Below, piece by piece: positions 25,702 to 40,100 of a stretch of 64,000 nt of DNA. Numbering within the stretch: position 1 is the stretch's first letter; each line of letters starts with the position of its first letter. The stretch is from Octopus vulgaris (Eukaryota): positions 91,884,001 to 91,948,000 of the forward strand of contig OX597820.1 in the NCBI GenBank assembly GCA_951406725.2, written 5' to 3'. The translations under genes were made by a program, and so were the position numbers. Below the pieces are notes generated by a model, which searched no databases, was not told the DNA's origin, and was given only the letters and a program-made list of their open reading frames with translations.

Positions 25702-26266
25702 CGAGCTGGCAGAAACGTTTGCACGCCGGGTGAAATGCGTAGCCGTATTTCATCTGCCGTTACGTTCTGAGTTCAAATTCCGCCGAGGTCGACTTTGCCT
25801 CCTCATCCTTTCGGAGTTGATTAAATAAGTACCAGTTATGCACTAGGGTCGATATAATCGACTTAACCCGTTTGTCTGCCCTTGTTTGTCCTCTCTGTGT
25901 TTAGCCCCTTGTGGGTAGTAAAGAAATAGGTTTTAGAATATCCTCATCGGTTGTGGACTACAATGCTGTAGACGACTGTTCAGTATTTTTTTTTTTTTGA
26001 AGAACCTGCTCAAATGAGTTGCTTATATTGATCACATAAAATAAGGCGGCGAGCAGGGAGAAACCTTAGTGCGCCGGGCGAAATGCTTAGCGGTATTTTG
26101 TCTGCCGTTACGTTCTGAGTTCAAATTCCGCCGAGGTCAACTTTGCCTTTCGGAGTCGATAAATAAAGTACCAGTTTTGCACTGGGGCCGCTGTAATCGA
26201 CTTAATCCTTTTGACTGTCCTTGTTTGTCCCCTCTATATGTAGCCCCTAGTGGGCAATAAAGAAAT
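25702..26266 (+). mobile_element. Two SINE family B copies (25702-25930, 26044-26266)
   Basis: Both match the family B body and end in agccccttgtgggtagtaaagaaata-like tails. Confidence 0.85.
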
Positions 26267-27096
26267 ATATAGTGAACACATATTTGTGAAGCACATTAGT
26301 TCTCTCTGTCTCTCTTTCCGTCAACTCAGCATTGTCTGAACTGGTACACGATCTGCCACACGTCATATGTCAAAGTGATCGCATACACATTCATACATGC
26401 ATGCATACATAAATACATGAACGTATTTGTTTGAACCTCTATTTTACAAGCATATGTTGTGGAAAAAACACCCAGCTTGGTTCGCTTCATCAATTATTGA
26501 AAGATATTCTCAAGTGGTTTAGTAGGGCAACTGTATGATTCTATTTATATCGAAACATTGTTGTGATGGTATACTAGGAAAAAATGTGAACATGAATATT
26601 TTACAAGTGTTCAGTATTTCATCATTATCTTCTTTGAAATCAATTGTATTGCTGTTTATTTTTGTTCAAGAGACCTGTATGCATGATGCTAATTATTGTT
26701 TTTTTTTTTTGGGGGGGGGGGTGATGATGATTTTTGATAGAGCGATCTGCCATCAAGGTGACGCACCACTACTTTGGTTTTGTTCCCAAAACGCATTGCA
26801 AATAGCTGACATACGGGTGAAAATTGAATGCTTGTCTCTCTAACAGAATTTTCATTTAAATAATTACAAATATTTCAGAAAAGTAACACAGTTATTAAAT
26901 ATTGTACAACACATATCACACGTGGGTTATGCATGACGATGATGAAGGAGGTATAATGAGATGACGTGACTTTTCTACACGCATACATATACTTATATAC
27001 ACATAAACACACACACACACACACACACACACTGTATATATGTATATAAGCATATGTTTTTTGTGCCTTTATATGTGTAATGTTGATATATATATT

Positions 27097-27131
<35 letters not shown>

Positions 27132-27176
27132 ATATATGTTTATATATATATATAGTTAATATATATATATATTTAT

Positions 27177-27227
<51 letters not shown>

Positions 27228-27566
27228 TAAATATATATATATATATATATATATAAATATATATATTTATAGTTAATCCAAACAAGAAAACATAAAACAC
27301 AAGAAAACACAAAAAACACAAAAACAAACACAACAACGCGAGGACATGGAACAAAAATAGTATTATTGGACGCTCAGGAAAGAAAGGGCTTAGCAACAAG
27401 TTGCTGACCGCATACCAAAAAGTTTTAGAAATAGCAGCCAAAGGACTACTATTTCCCTTTTCTACAAAAATATGTCTTCACAGACGACAATATTTGTAAC
27501 TCACATATGGCAATAAAGGAAGAAACATAATGAAATCAAACATATCTATATCTATCTATCTATCTA

Positions 27567-27609
<43 letters not shown>

Positions 27610-28320
27610 CTTAGAAAGGTTTTGGCCAGTATTGGCCCAGGCCATGTCTAACTTAATAGCACCACCTGGCGAAGTCTTTCAGTTCAGGATTTGGGCACCA
27701 AGGCCCATTCGAGCAGAGAGTTATTGTTTGCGGAGACATATACGGGTGTGGGTGGTTTTTCCGGTACTGTTTGAAGGAATTTGTCCAAAGACTTCTTGAA
27801 TTTTGTGTGGTCAGTTTCTTTTTTGACGTGCCCTGGTGTAATGTTGAAGAGAGCAGGTCCAATTGAGGTGAAATAGTTGTGCCGTATTGTCGTTATGTGA
27901 TGCGATTTAGATTTTTGTTGTGGACGGATGGCACGTGGTCCAAGCCTTGGATGCATTTTGAAGGTGATGCCAACATCATTCGGACAGTGCTGGTGGAATA
28001 TTTTCCACATCATACAGATAATGTAGCGTTCACGGCGTCGTTGGAGTGAATACAATTTCAGCTTCACTAGTCTACCCCAGTAGTCAAGGTCTGACATGCC
28101 ATCTATCTTTTTTGTGATTGACCTTTGGGGAGCTTCAATTCTCATAATATTTTGTTTTGTGTAGGGAGACCACAGTGGACAGCAGTATTCAAGGTGGGGT
28201 CGGGCAAAAGTGGAGAAGAGAAGGATAATAGCGTGGGAATCTCTCGACAGGAAGGTTCTGAGAATCCAGGAACACATTCTGCGGACCATGTCAACTTTGC
28301 TGCTTATATGTGTAGCCCAG
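27610..28320 (-). mobile_element. 5'-truncated CR1-clade LINE (ORF2 C-terminus, 27684-28289)
   Basis: [47 protein letters not shown]. Flanked by (TA)n on both sides. Confidence 0.9.
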
Positions 28321-28342
28321 CTTATATGTGTAGCCCGCCCAG

Positions 28343-28392
<50 letters not shown>

Positions 28393-31300
28393 GTATGTAT
28401 ATATATCTATATCTACATCTATATATATATATTCATATATATATATGTATGTATGTATACATATCTATATCTACATCTATATATATATATATATATGCAT
28501 ATATACGTACACATTTATAAATAATTTTTATATAAGTAAACATATATCGGTTTGAATGTGTGTGCGTATGAGTGTGCAAAAAGAGAGATGTGGTAGAGCA
28601 AGATACACACGCTTATGTGTATGTTTAATAAATGTCGAATAGAGTATTGTAATTTAAAGGTGTGTTTCTTTATGAGTGTCATTATTTTATTTCAGCCTGA
28701 TATCTATAGACGAAACTACATAATAGTAAATGTATACGTGTGACGCTGTTTGAAAGAGTGAATAATACTTTAATTTGAAGTAGAATTTATGGAAGCACGT
28801 TAGTTAGGTTGATTTCAATTGCTTTGTTTCTTTGTGGATATTTAGTATCCTTTCATTTTTACTCAGACAAAGGATTGTTTTTACTTGGACAAGTGATTCT
28901 GTTTGTTATTCCTATATAAACATGATGACCTGGGTTGTTTCAGGTTCAGTATACGTCACTATCTTGACATTATACTTGTCTCCTGATCACCTTTAACTTG
29001 ATTGAATAACTCACTCACTATACATCACTGTACTATATATCAATATTTATTGTTCATATTTAATCGGATGTGAAAACAAGGTATTTCTTTTGAGGTAGTT
29101 AGAGTCTAACAGTTGCTATTCTTAGTGAGTAAAGCAAACAAGACAATGCTAGTATTTTACAATTCTTCGTTACAAACAAAAGATATCATTTTATTTTATC
29201 TAACACATATTTGTGATTGTGGTAGAGATGTGGTATTTTTAATAGGATCTGAATATTTTTAATAATATTCTCTTTGAATGTACAGTATAATATAGCTAAA
29301 TTTTGTGTTCACTGTGCGGTGTTGAAAATATCCATACAGACATTGTATCCTTAAAATAAAAGCCGAATGAATAAAAACACGCTTAGAATTTTGTTGCATT
29401 TCACTTTATGAAAACTGGTTATTTTTATTATGAGGAAAATGGTGTAAAACAAGATGTGCTTGTATAAAGAATTATAGAGTTCGGTGACAGTTACGTTGTA
29501 AAGGCATAGTGTTCAGAATACAACGTTAATAACCTAACCGAGGGGAGAATATTCTTTCCTAGGATAATATAATTAAACTCATTATTGACACTATTAACAT
29601 TGGAGGATATAAATGTCACTATTTTCAAGAAAGCCAGAGAGACAGATAAAAAGATGATTATGAAGATTAATGGGAAAATAAATCAAGGATGGGCAGAATG
29701 TTCTTGGACACAGAGGTGTAAGGATAAGTGAAAAAATTGTCACAGGTTTTGAGAAAATGAAAGTGTTGTTGACTATGCGGTAGGAGAATTTGGCTGTGTA
29801 ACAATCAAAGTAGAATTCGAATTAAATTTTTAAAATTGCTTTAACCACAAAGCAATTAATCTTTTAATTTCTTTCATATTCTCTATCTAATTACTAAGAA
29901 TATTTAATTAATGCCCAATCTACTTATATTCATCATAGAATCCATTCGCGTTTGAATGTCTCTCATACCGTTCTTCATTTGAAGAAGCGGTAATATATTC
30001 TGCAAGGCTTTCGTTGTTGTTGTACTCTCCCGTGGTCAATATGATGTTTAATTAAATTAGCAGCTATTGCTTGCATCACTAGTTACACCAATGCTACTCT
30101 ATCACATATTTCAGGATCCGTATACATTATCTATACTGCCGATATTTTCTATATCATGAGGCGCTTTTATTACTTCGTCGAATAACCGACATCTTTCATG
30201 AAAATTCGATAATTTTCCTGAGATGGAGGGTTTCTTACTAAACTTTATGCGAAGTTTTAACTTTAATGTAATTACTAATTTGTATCCTGAATATGTTAAT
30301 ATCTTTATATACATTTCGTGGTTCTCTCAGAGAATCCACCTCACTGCACTTTGCTATGTATCTCCGATTTAATAACCAGCGAATATGAATATGAATGTCA
30401 GTTGGAAATCGAACAGCCGTACTGTACCTCAGTCAATAAATATATTACTAATGACTAATATTTCGTCCTCGTATTCCGAACTTGCAAAACTGAAGATCAA
30501 TTTCTATGAACCTGGGAATATTTTTAGTTGAATTCATCTATGTACAATACTAACATTTAACGTATCGTACTTCAACGAATAAAACGGAATGAATTTCGTC
30601 AATATTTGAAATCAATACTTACAGGGAGATACGTAAATAGAGTAAGGTATTTAATCCGTGTATCACTCCGTTAATTACCAAATTTCTTATACGTTCTCAT
30701 AATTATTAGCAATGTGTGCATGTCTCGTCTCTTCTTCATATAGTATGTATGGGTATATATGTATTCGTGACTGAATGTTTTTACGCCTGTACGCATGTAT
30801 ACGTGTTTCAATTTTCGCCAAAATTGAAAATATCGATGAACTACTGTGCACGACTAAAGTCACATGTAAGCCACCTATTGCACAGTGCTCGCATATTAAA
30901 GATTATATTAAGTAAATTACATTAGAACATTATTTTACTGGAACCGTTCCCCACGTTGGCAATAATGATTTTCACCTTTTCGTCCATTGGCCTTAGTTAA
31001 ACAAAAGAACTGTAGATAAGTATTAATTATCTGTTGTTTTGTGAACGAAAGATTAACTTGATAGCTGACGTAGGTCATTCTCTCTTAAAATATAAAATTG
31101 AAAGATTACACTATTTAAGTATCTTTCTGATGCTGTTTACAATTTACGTATTTCAAAAACTTATCGTATTTGTATTCGCTTTTAATGAAAGGATATCTGT
31201 TAAGAAGGTCAGTTACTACTTCCTGTCGTTTTCTTTGTCTTCAGTCCAGTGCACACCTCATTTGTATTAATGCGTTCAGTAGTCTCTAGCCAATACCTTT

Positions 31301-33324
31301 ATATATCTACGTACTTATGGCAAAAGACCAGCCTAACGATAACCTTAGCCTACCAGATGGAAGCAACGTTCTTAATCATCGAATTTTTACTTTGATGTTA
31401 TTATAGCGTGTTAAAAGGAAATTTCTATCACTTCTCTTCCTACCAGACAGGCTTCATTACTTTGTCGATTACTGTTATTATCTACAGTGCGTTCGTACAG
31501 CAATATAGCCGATTATTAATGGAGTTCTCTGTGGAGCTTAACTCAACAAACTTTGATTAGACCTGAATCAAAGATGGTGAATTGGTTAATTTCCTTGTTA
31601 CTTGGGTTCTGCGCTTTAAAAAAATACATTTCTCTATCATGTACTTCTTCGTCATACATTAATTATCAGTGAGATAAAGGTTTAATAATATTAAGGAAGA
31701 AATATCTATAAAATATTGCTTGAAGAAAGTTGTTCTAATCTCGAGGCATATTTCTAGCAAATTAATATAGATTTCTAATGAAGTTCAACATACTATACAG
31801 TAAATTTATACTATAGGATATAACAGCATTTCCGTTCATTACCAGATAGTATTTTATAAATCGAGTTAAATTCACTTCTTCATTCGAAGCAACAGAATAG
31901 TTCATATGAAAAAATCGTTTTCTTAGTGGCTTTATACGAAAACATAAATAAAATACGTAATTTTCTCTCTGAGGCGTTTCAATGTAGACTATTACAATCA
32001 AACACTGTTTTCATTTTCTAACCGAACTCGAAATACATGTAACTATACGAAGGGAATGTTTCAGATTATTTCGTATGATCATGACTCTGACAACTACCAG
32101 TCACTGAATCAGTGATAACATCCAAATATACATCAGTGAATGGCTGCTGTTGCAGAAATATGAACGGAAGACAAATGTAAGAATGTTTTACATATTGGTA
32201 TCCAAGAACCTATGAATGTGTCATTGAGGCAATATATATCCTTCGAAATTGCGCATGCTTCATTGAAGAATATTCATTCCAATATCATATGGATATTAGT
32301 AGTATTCTTCAAAGCTATTGTGTAAAATTTAGACTTAAATTTTTAACAGGATGTTTGTAATTACGTAAATTCGTTCATATAATATTGCACGTTCATAAAA
32401 CAAGAAATAATACTAATATATTTGGACTTGGGCACGCAGTTTGGTTGGCAACGTTTCGCCTGTTGTTCATCTGGATTTCTAAAGTTACCTGGGTATAATC
32501 AATAGCTAACGCAGTGTAAACATTTATTGTGAGGACACCGCTGCAAGGTTCCTGCTTTGCCCACTTGAAGACACTTGCATACAACATATACGTGGATGAT
32601 CAACTGCTTGTGTCACACATATATTTGCGTTTTTAAGTGTGTATGCGTGTATGTGTGTGCATGCGTGTGTGTGTGTTTGTGCGCGCGCACATAGCTGATA
32701 ATGTTAAATATGTAATTATTTGTAAACGCATGTGTATGTTTGTGTGTGAGCGCAACTGCAAATGTTAAATATGTAAATGTGTGTGTGTGTGTATGTGTGC
32801 GTGTGTGCATGTGTGCGTGTGTGTGTGTATGTGTGCGTGTGTGTGTATGTGTGTTTACCAGCGTGTTTTGTGTATATATACACACATGCATGTTAAGATG
32901 GATACTGGATCGGATAAAGTCGACAAGGTCTGAGATAAAAGTTTGAGGGTCAGTCTTGACTTCTATCACCATCTTTGATTTATTAGTGTTCAAGTAACAG
33001 TATGTTCTTGGTGTACCACTTGATTGTTTGGACAACTATCAATGATTGGATAGTCATCATGACATTAAGCTCTCTCAATATCCTTAGAATTGTTCTTGGA
33101 TAATACTTGCCTTCCGTTCCTTGTTTTGAAATAATTGCAAAGATGCTTCTAGCTCAAAGTTAAATTTTATGAACTAATTGTAAACTAGGAATTACGTGGA
33201 AAATGAAAATTGTTGATTCAGAAGAGAGATTTTGTGAAGAATGTAATGCTGAAACAAACCTGGTTCGAACACACCCAAATTTAAAGGCAAACTCACCTCA
33301 TTGTATGTAATATTGGTATGAAAT

Positions 33325-33506
33325 TATAGCACAAGGTTAGCAACTTCGTGGGAGGAGGTAAGTCAATTATGTATTTATTCTATTGATTCTGAAAGTATAA
33401 AAAGCAAAGTCACCCTGCCTGGAATTTGAATTCATAATGTTAAGACGGAAGAAATTTCGCTAAGCATTTCGCCCGGCGTGCTAACGATTCCGCCAGCTCA
33501 CCGCCT
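33325..33506 (-). mobile_element. SINE family B (reverse orientation)
   Basis: Reverse complement of ggcggtgagctggcggaatcgttagcacgccgggcgaaatgcttagc. Confidence 0.75.
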
Positions 33507-34077
33507 CACATTAGAATGTAATATTGACGCGAAATTTAAATAATCATCAGATAATGCAATTTAGGAATGCTGGAAAATATATGTCATGTGGAGGAGTTAC
33601 CCACTGAGATTCTTGTGTTATCAGAATCTGTCTTATCGAAATTCAAAGTAATACTACTAAGTTAACTTGACGTATATAGGCATAATTTATTTGGAGGCAA
33701 GTGACTGGTTGTCATGACAATTTACAAAACATTATAGAATTGGCATAAAATTACTCATTGTAAAATTACTCTCGGCGAAATAAGCAGTGCACCAATAAAG
33801 AAAACTGAGCCATTCAAGAAGTTATACGAATTAATTGTGTGGGGCTCGTAATTTTGCAGGTGTAAAATCTGGATTTTATTGGTTATCCAGACGTCTCAGA
33901 CAGAGCTTCTACAGTCGGTGACTAATTAAGAAACGTTTGCAGTGTTCTGTCGTGCAGACACTGAAAGCATGCAACTTTTAAATTAGTAGAAATATGAAGT
34001 TTGGAAGATATAATGTACACGGTAACAATGCACATTTTCATTCCAAACAATCACAAGGAATTATTCATAACTTAAAT

Positions 34078-34179
34078 CAGTGTTTCCCAACCTGGAGTCC
34101 GCGGACCCTTACTGGTCTGCAAAGCTAGTACTGGGGTTCCGTAAACTAAATTCAAAATTACACACACACAGACAGACAG

Positions 34180-34242
<63 letters not shown>

Positions 34243-34295
34243 TATATTAAAAGGGGTCTGAGGGAAAACTCATTTAAATAAAGGGGTAGGGAACA
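34078..34295. mobile_element. hAT-type MITE, truncated, same family as 36213-36516 in opposite orientation
   Basis: cagtgtttcccaacct terminus. Internal segments are reverse-complementary to 36250-36290 and 36433-36510. Confidence 0.6.
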
Positions 34296-35559
34296 GAATG
34301 CACTTGGACTTGTCTGAAGCAATGGAACGAAAGGTGCTGTGACATTCATAGTTCTATAGAGGAATCGTATCTCTACGAGTTTATTTGGCGCCACAGATAT
34401 GAAAAGTATAATTTTTTTTATGATACTGGAGTGCAAGCTCAATTTCCTTAAATTCATAACATTCCGCTATATTATTTTATTTCATCATTGTTTTCTGTCC
34501 TTGACAGTTCATATGATTTCGTTCCAAGGCCTATGACTATGGCAATAATATAATTATTATTCTAAACATATATAAATATTTTTTCAAGTAGCTGGAAGAA
34601 AATTAAAAAAAGATGTTGAAAAAATCATTACTCATCATTTTTTTTTCATTAAACATATATCTTTTTCTTAAAAAAACGCTCCCATCTTGTTTACTTGCAT
34701 TAAATTCTTTTTTGACAAAAATAGAAATTCAATTTCCACGGTTCCCTTCTTGTCTTCATTTTCAACGATACTCCATTGCCATGGCAGCAAACACTTGCAA
34801 GGACTCAGGACTTATTTCATTGGCAAAAAATATATAAGTTTAGCTGCTCCTATCTTGTTTATTATTAATTTTTGGAAAAAAATTGGAATGCAATAGCTGT
34901 CATCAGCATGCAAAAAAACATTCGTGTAGAAAATTTGAAAACAATCCATTGGGAATTGAAAAATCTTCAACTGGATAGTTGAACACGAAATAAGTCCCAG
35001 TTTCCTTTCTTCATTGAATAAACCGATAGTCGAAACTTGCCGTCTAAATAAAGTCAAATTTCACAATTTGACTTAGCTCTTAATATTAAACCACCAGCAA
35101 AGTTCCGTTATTTGTTAACAAAATGTAGAATATTAGCCAAAATTTAACAAAAACGTGCGTCCTCACCCACATGCATACATACATTTTTGTGTGTACACAC
35201 ACTCATATATATATATATATATCCACGCTGGCATATATGGAAATAGATCCACTTGCAGTACCGGAATTCCGATGCGCTTGAACTGCAATCCCAGAGCCTT
35301 AGGATAGCTGGTAAGTATAGAGGCGCTTGGAAAAATTGGGTGGGGTTAATGGATGAAGAGTTAAGACTATAATAATGAAGATGAAGACAAAAGTTTGAAT
35401 ATAGCCATGTATGTTAATAATTTTCTATCTCACAAATTCAGACAAAAATTGATGAAACAGATGATCCATTCCTTCAAAATCATCTGAGATTAAAATAAAA
35501 CGATCATTATACTTGATACTTTTAGATAATAGCAATACAGTATTTTGTACCATAAAAGG

Positions 35560-36165
35560 GCCGCGAGCTGGTAGAATCGGTAGCACGCCTGGTAAAGTTT
35601 TAAGCGGCATTTCGTTTGTCTTTACGTTCTGAGTTGAAAATCCAGCGCGGTTGACTTTGCTTTTCATCGATTTCGAAGTCTATGAAATAAATACATGTTG
35701 AATACTGGCAGGGTGTAATCGACTTAGCTCTACCCCGTAGTGAGCTCGCAGAAACGTTAATACGCCGGGCTAAATGCTTAGTGGTATTTCGTTTGCAGCT
35801 ACATTCTAGTTCAAATTCCGCCGAGGTCGAATTTGCCTTTCATCCTCCCCGGGTCGATAAATTAAGTACCAGTTACGCACTGGGGTCGATGTAATCGACT
35901 TAATCTGTTTGTCTGTCCTTGTTTGTTCCCTCTATGTTTAGCCCCTTGTGGGCAATAAATAAATAAGAATTGTTGGTACGCTGGGCTAAATGCTTAGCGG
36001 CATTTAATCTATCTATACGTTCTGAGTTCAAATTCTGCCGAGGTCCATTTGGGCTTTCATACTTTTGAAGTCGATAAAATGAGGACCATTTGAATACTAG
36101 GGTCCATGTAATTGGCTTTCCTCCTCCCCCGAAATTGCTGGCCTTGTGTCGAAATCTGAAACCAG
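35560..36165 (+). mobile_element. Cluster of three SINE family B copies
   Basis: Heads at about 35560, 35738 and 35970 with a repeated gtcgataaa..aagtaccag body. Confidence 0.8.
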
Positions 36166-36212
36166 TATTTTATAACTTATTCAACTATCACATATACTTT
36201 TATGCCCTAGAA

Positions 36213-36339
36213 CAGTGGTTCCCAACTTTTCACAGTGATTCCGAACTCTTTTATTTAAATGAATTTTCCCCGAGAACCCTTTTTAATATGCTGATCCTTA
36301 TGTGTATATATATATATATAACGAGAGAGAGAGAGAGAG

Positions 36340-36430
<91 letters not shown>

Positions 36431-36516
36431 CGAAATTTTGAATTTAGTTTACGGATACCCAATACTACCTTTGCAGACCACCAAGGGGTCAGTCGACACC
36501 AGGTTGATCACCACAG
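36213..36516. mobile_element. hAT (Charlie-like) MITE containing (GATA)n
   Basis: Termini cagtggttcccaac / gttgatcaccacag. 8-bp TSD ccctagaa / ctctagaa. Confidence 0.7.
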
Positions 36517-36632
36517 CTCTAGAACATCAGTACGTATAAAACCCCATCATGACCCTTTTCTTTAACTATATCTGCTTTTAAATTTGAAATAATGACATCA
36601 ATTATTCTCTAATCTAAAATCTTTGTGAAGTC

Positions 36633-37198
36633 AGCGAGCTGGCAGAAACGTTAGCACGTCGGGCGAAATGCGTAGCCATATTTCGTCTGCCGTTACGTTC
36701 TGAGCTCAAATTCCGCCGAGGTCGACTTTGCCTTTCATCCTTTCGGGGTCGATAAATTAAGTACCAGTTACGCACTGGGGTCGATATAATCGACTTAATC
36801 CGTTTGTCTGTCCTTGCTTGTTCCCTCTGTGTTTATCCCCTTGTGGGTAGTAAAGAAATAGAAATAGGTATTCTCTCTGCCGCTACATTCTGAGTTAAAT
36901 TCCACTGAGGTCGACTTTGCCTTTCATCCTTTCGGGGGTCGATAAATTAAGTACCAGTTACGCATTGGTTTCGATGTAGTCGACTTAATCCGTTTGCCTG
37001 TCCTTGTTTGTCCTTTCTGTGTTTAGCCCCTGTGGGTAGTAAAGAAATAGGTATTCCGTCGTCCGTCTTTAATTATTAATTTTAAATTCCGTACAGGGTG
37101 ACTTTGCCTTTCATTCTTTTGGGGTCGATAAAATATGTAGCAGCTGAGCACTGGATAACGATGCAAATTACTGGTCTTGTGCTACAATTTGAAACCAA
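36633..37198 (+). mobile_element. SINE family B with tandemly reiterated body (about 3 units)
   Basis: A full copy at 36633-36860 is followed directly by headless bodies at about 36865-37050 and 37050-37198. Confidence 0.8.
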
Positions 37199-40100
37199 TT
37201 TAAAAATCTATTTGATGGGTCAAGGCTTTGATTCATCATCCAAGGTGCAACAATGATACTCTTATACTTCTACTTAAACAACACATATTTTTCTAAAGCA
37301 GAAGAAATACACCAAGTCCTAGAAAAATACACAGAATCTAAATCATTTACTAATAATATCAAACTTCCTTGTAGCTAAATTGACTAATGTTGGAGAATAA
37401 ATATTTTGGACTGCGTTTTAACAAAGCTGATTTTACGTCTGGAATCGAACCTGAATTTTTCTAAATCATAAATTATAATGCTTTATTCTAAGTTTCTATA
37501 ACAACATGCCGATGCTAATTAATTTGTGATTAGTCTAGGGTTTTAATACTAAAGATTAATGTGATCAATACTTCTGTCAGCGAATATATTGATTAGAAAG
37601 TAATATGTAGCAGTTGTTAAAAGAAAACTCATTTATGTATTATTGATCTGATTTCTCAAACCATGACAAATAAAAAGAGTAGTGATTAAATGATGAATAA
37701 AAGACTTGTCAGAAATCTTTAAAGTCACAGTTAAAAACTGAGACGAATTTAAAGTCGTCATATCTTTGGGGAAATTAGACAAGACTTTATAATATAAAGT
37801 TGAATAAATAATTCAAAGGACTGTAAAATCAATAAAATAGCGATTTATTTCAATGAAATTAGTTTTTCAAAGAGAAACACGTGTATATATTCACGGTAAG
37901 TTTTATAAATATAGATTTCTTACTATAGCACTGACACCAGACCACTAGCCATTAATTCCCTGTAAAACTATTACTAATGTGCCTTATTACTTTTAGATCT
38001 TATTAACTTTTTTTAGATCTGTAATAATTTCTGGCGACACGAAGCAAGAAAAAATAATTTCTAAGATAGTAGGTGGGGTTATGTTGGACGAGTATGTCCA
38101 TGCTGCAGATGTTTATCTTATTTAAAATTAGGAGTGAAATACGAGTTGATGTTTATAAAAAAACGGGTCTTGAAGAAACGGTATGCTGCAAAGTACTTAG
38201 TAGGATGCGAAACTGTTTCTGCCTTATCGTAAAATTTATTTTTCAATTTTCAAAAAGCAGAGTATTGTGTGTAATTATTTCTATAATTATATTCAGTTTA
38301 ATTCTCATTTGTATGGTATTTTCTTTTTCTTTTATGTTTTATATATTCGTTTTAGTCATTCAGTAAATTGTTAATTTCTGCAATATATTCACTTTTTCCA
38401 TAATTTGTTTTTAAATCATGCAGAAATGTTCAAATTTATTTCGAGGAGTATAATTTTTCTTTTAATCTCTCAGATATTCTTGGGCCTTGTATATCAGAGA
38501 AATTTCAATTCTACGTTTTTTTCTTTTGATCATATTTCGGTTACATGTGAAAGTTAGCAACAGAGCGCGTAACTTGATCGGATCTGCGATCAAGATGTAA
38601 GATGCTGACAAATTTATTTTCATATGTGGGTAGAGCAAATAATCTGTTCTAGATTGTGCTTAATTTAATGTTGTTAAGTATAATTTTTTTGTGAAGGAAT
38701 TGCTTGTATATTAATAAGAGCTGAGGATGTATTTTTAAATAAATGCTTTTTACTTATTGATTTATCGGTATCTTTTCAGTAACCATAGAATTTCCGCTTA
38801 GTTGCTTTCCGTACACTGAGCTAACGAGTGTGTTTGTCGTTCGGCTGAGTGGAATTACGTTGCAGATTTTTTGTCTGTGATAACTATAATTTTATCTATA
38901 GATGGCATTTGGTTTTGATATTATGAATTGAAAATACCACTGTATCCTAGTTTTATATTTAATGTGACTTTTTAAAATACAATATGTACGATTATATTTG
39001 GAGCAGTAGATCTGTTCAAAAATCTTACTGCTCCAAATATTTAGACTGTCATAGTTTTCAACTTCTGGCTGAATATGTGGCTATAAAGCAGCTATAACTT
39101 TACTGTTTGATTTATATACCCTTTTTTTAACTTCCTACGCGCCAGTAATACATACATTTTGTTTCTTTACAAAATCTACTCGAAGATGATGTCAGTTCCA
39201 TTCTACTAATACATCGAAGAGCTGAAAGGACGAAGTACCGGAAAATTATTTTTATAAAGTTATACTCATACATCCCCTTACTCTTAATTTTATTGAAGCA
39301 ATAATATGCAGGGAAACAAATTACTGAAATAAAACTATTTACACACATACGCACGCACGCACGCATACACGCGCGCATATACGCTCACACGTACGCAAAA
39401 TACACACACAATCGCACAAACACACACCTATGAAAGGGACATTTGTTCATTTGCTCCTCTCTCTTCCCCCGAGCAGTTTGTCTGTAATACGAGAGGCATG
39501 GAGAAGTCAAAATGCCGATGGAACTGGTGGATATGAGTTACATTGCGTCATTTTCTTTGAAATAGATTATAATCGCACTAGTTGCTTCTTTCAATTAATT
39601 TTCATGGGCATTTAACAATTAAACGACAGAAACGTGCATAAAGCTCGTGTGGATATTGACGTGCAATATATATTTCTACACTCAACCCGTTTACTCACAA
39701 GCATCACTCAGGCCCTTCTTCCCTCAGGAAGCCATCTGTTGAACTTTTAGCGCCAACAGAAGAGGTTTATTACAACTTGGAGCTAATAATTGCATAAAGT
39801 TACTGAGATGACTATTGTATGATGACCATGAGACTTTTGGACTGTGAGAGAAGTGTCATTCAGCTGCTGCAGCTTCGTCTGAGAATTTCTTTCGAGCATT
39901 CATTGTGTTTACCCTAGTGGGGAATACCCTACAAAGGTGCTACAAACATGGGTTGCTTTTAGCTTCCTTCACTGAATTTCACCACCAGTTGGGTAACTTT
40001 TCTTTCGTCTTTTGTTTTCATGCTAAAGAAACGATAAATAATGCAATTTGGATTACATATAATTCTGAATCTTATTGAGAGGCCAAATAGCTTTCAGCCC

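Noticed and set aside
32040-32300. Faint LINE RT-like remnant on the minus strand (also an APE-like trace at about 40130-40240)
   Set aside because: Too degenerate to support a call.
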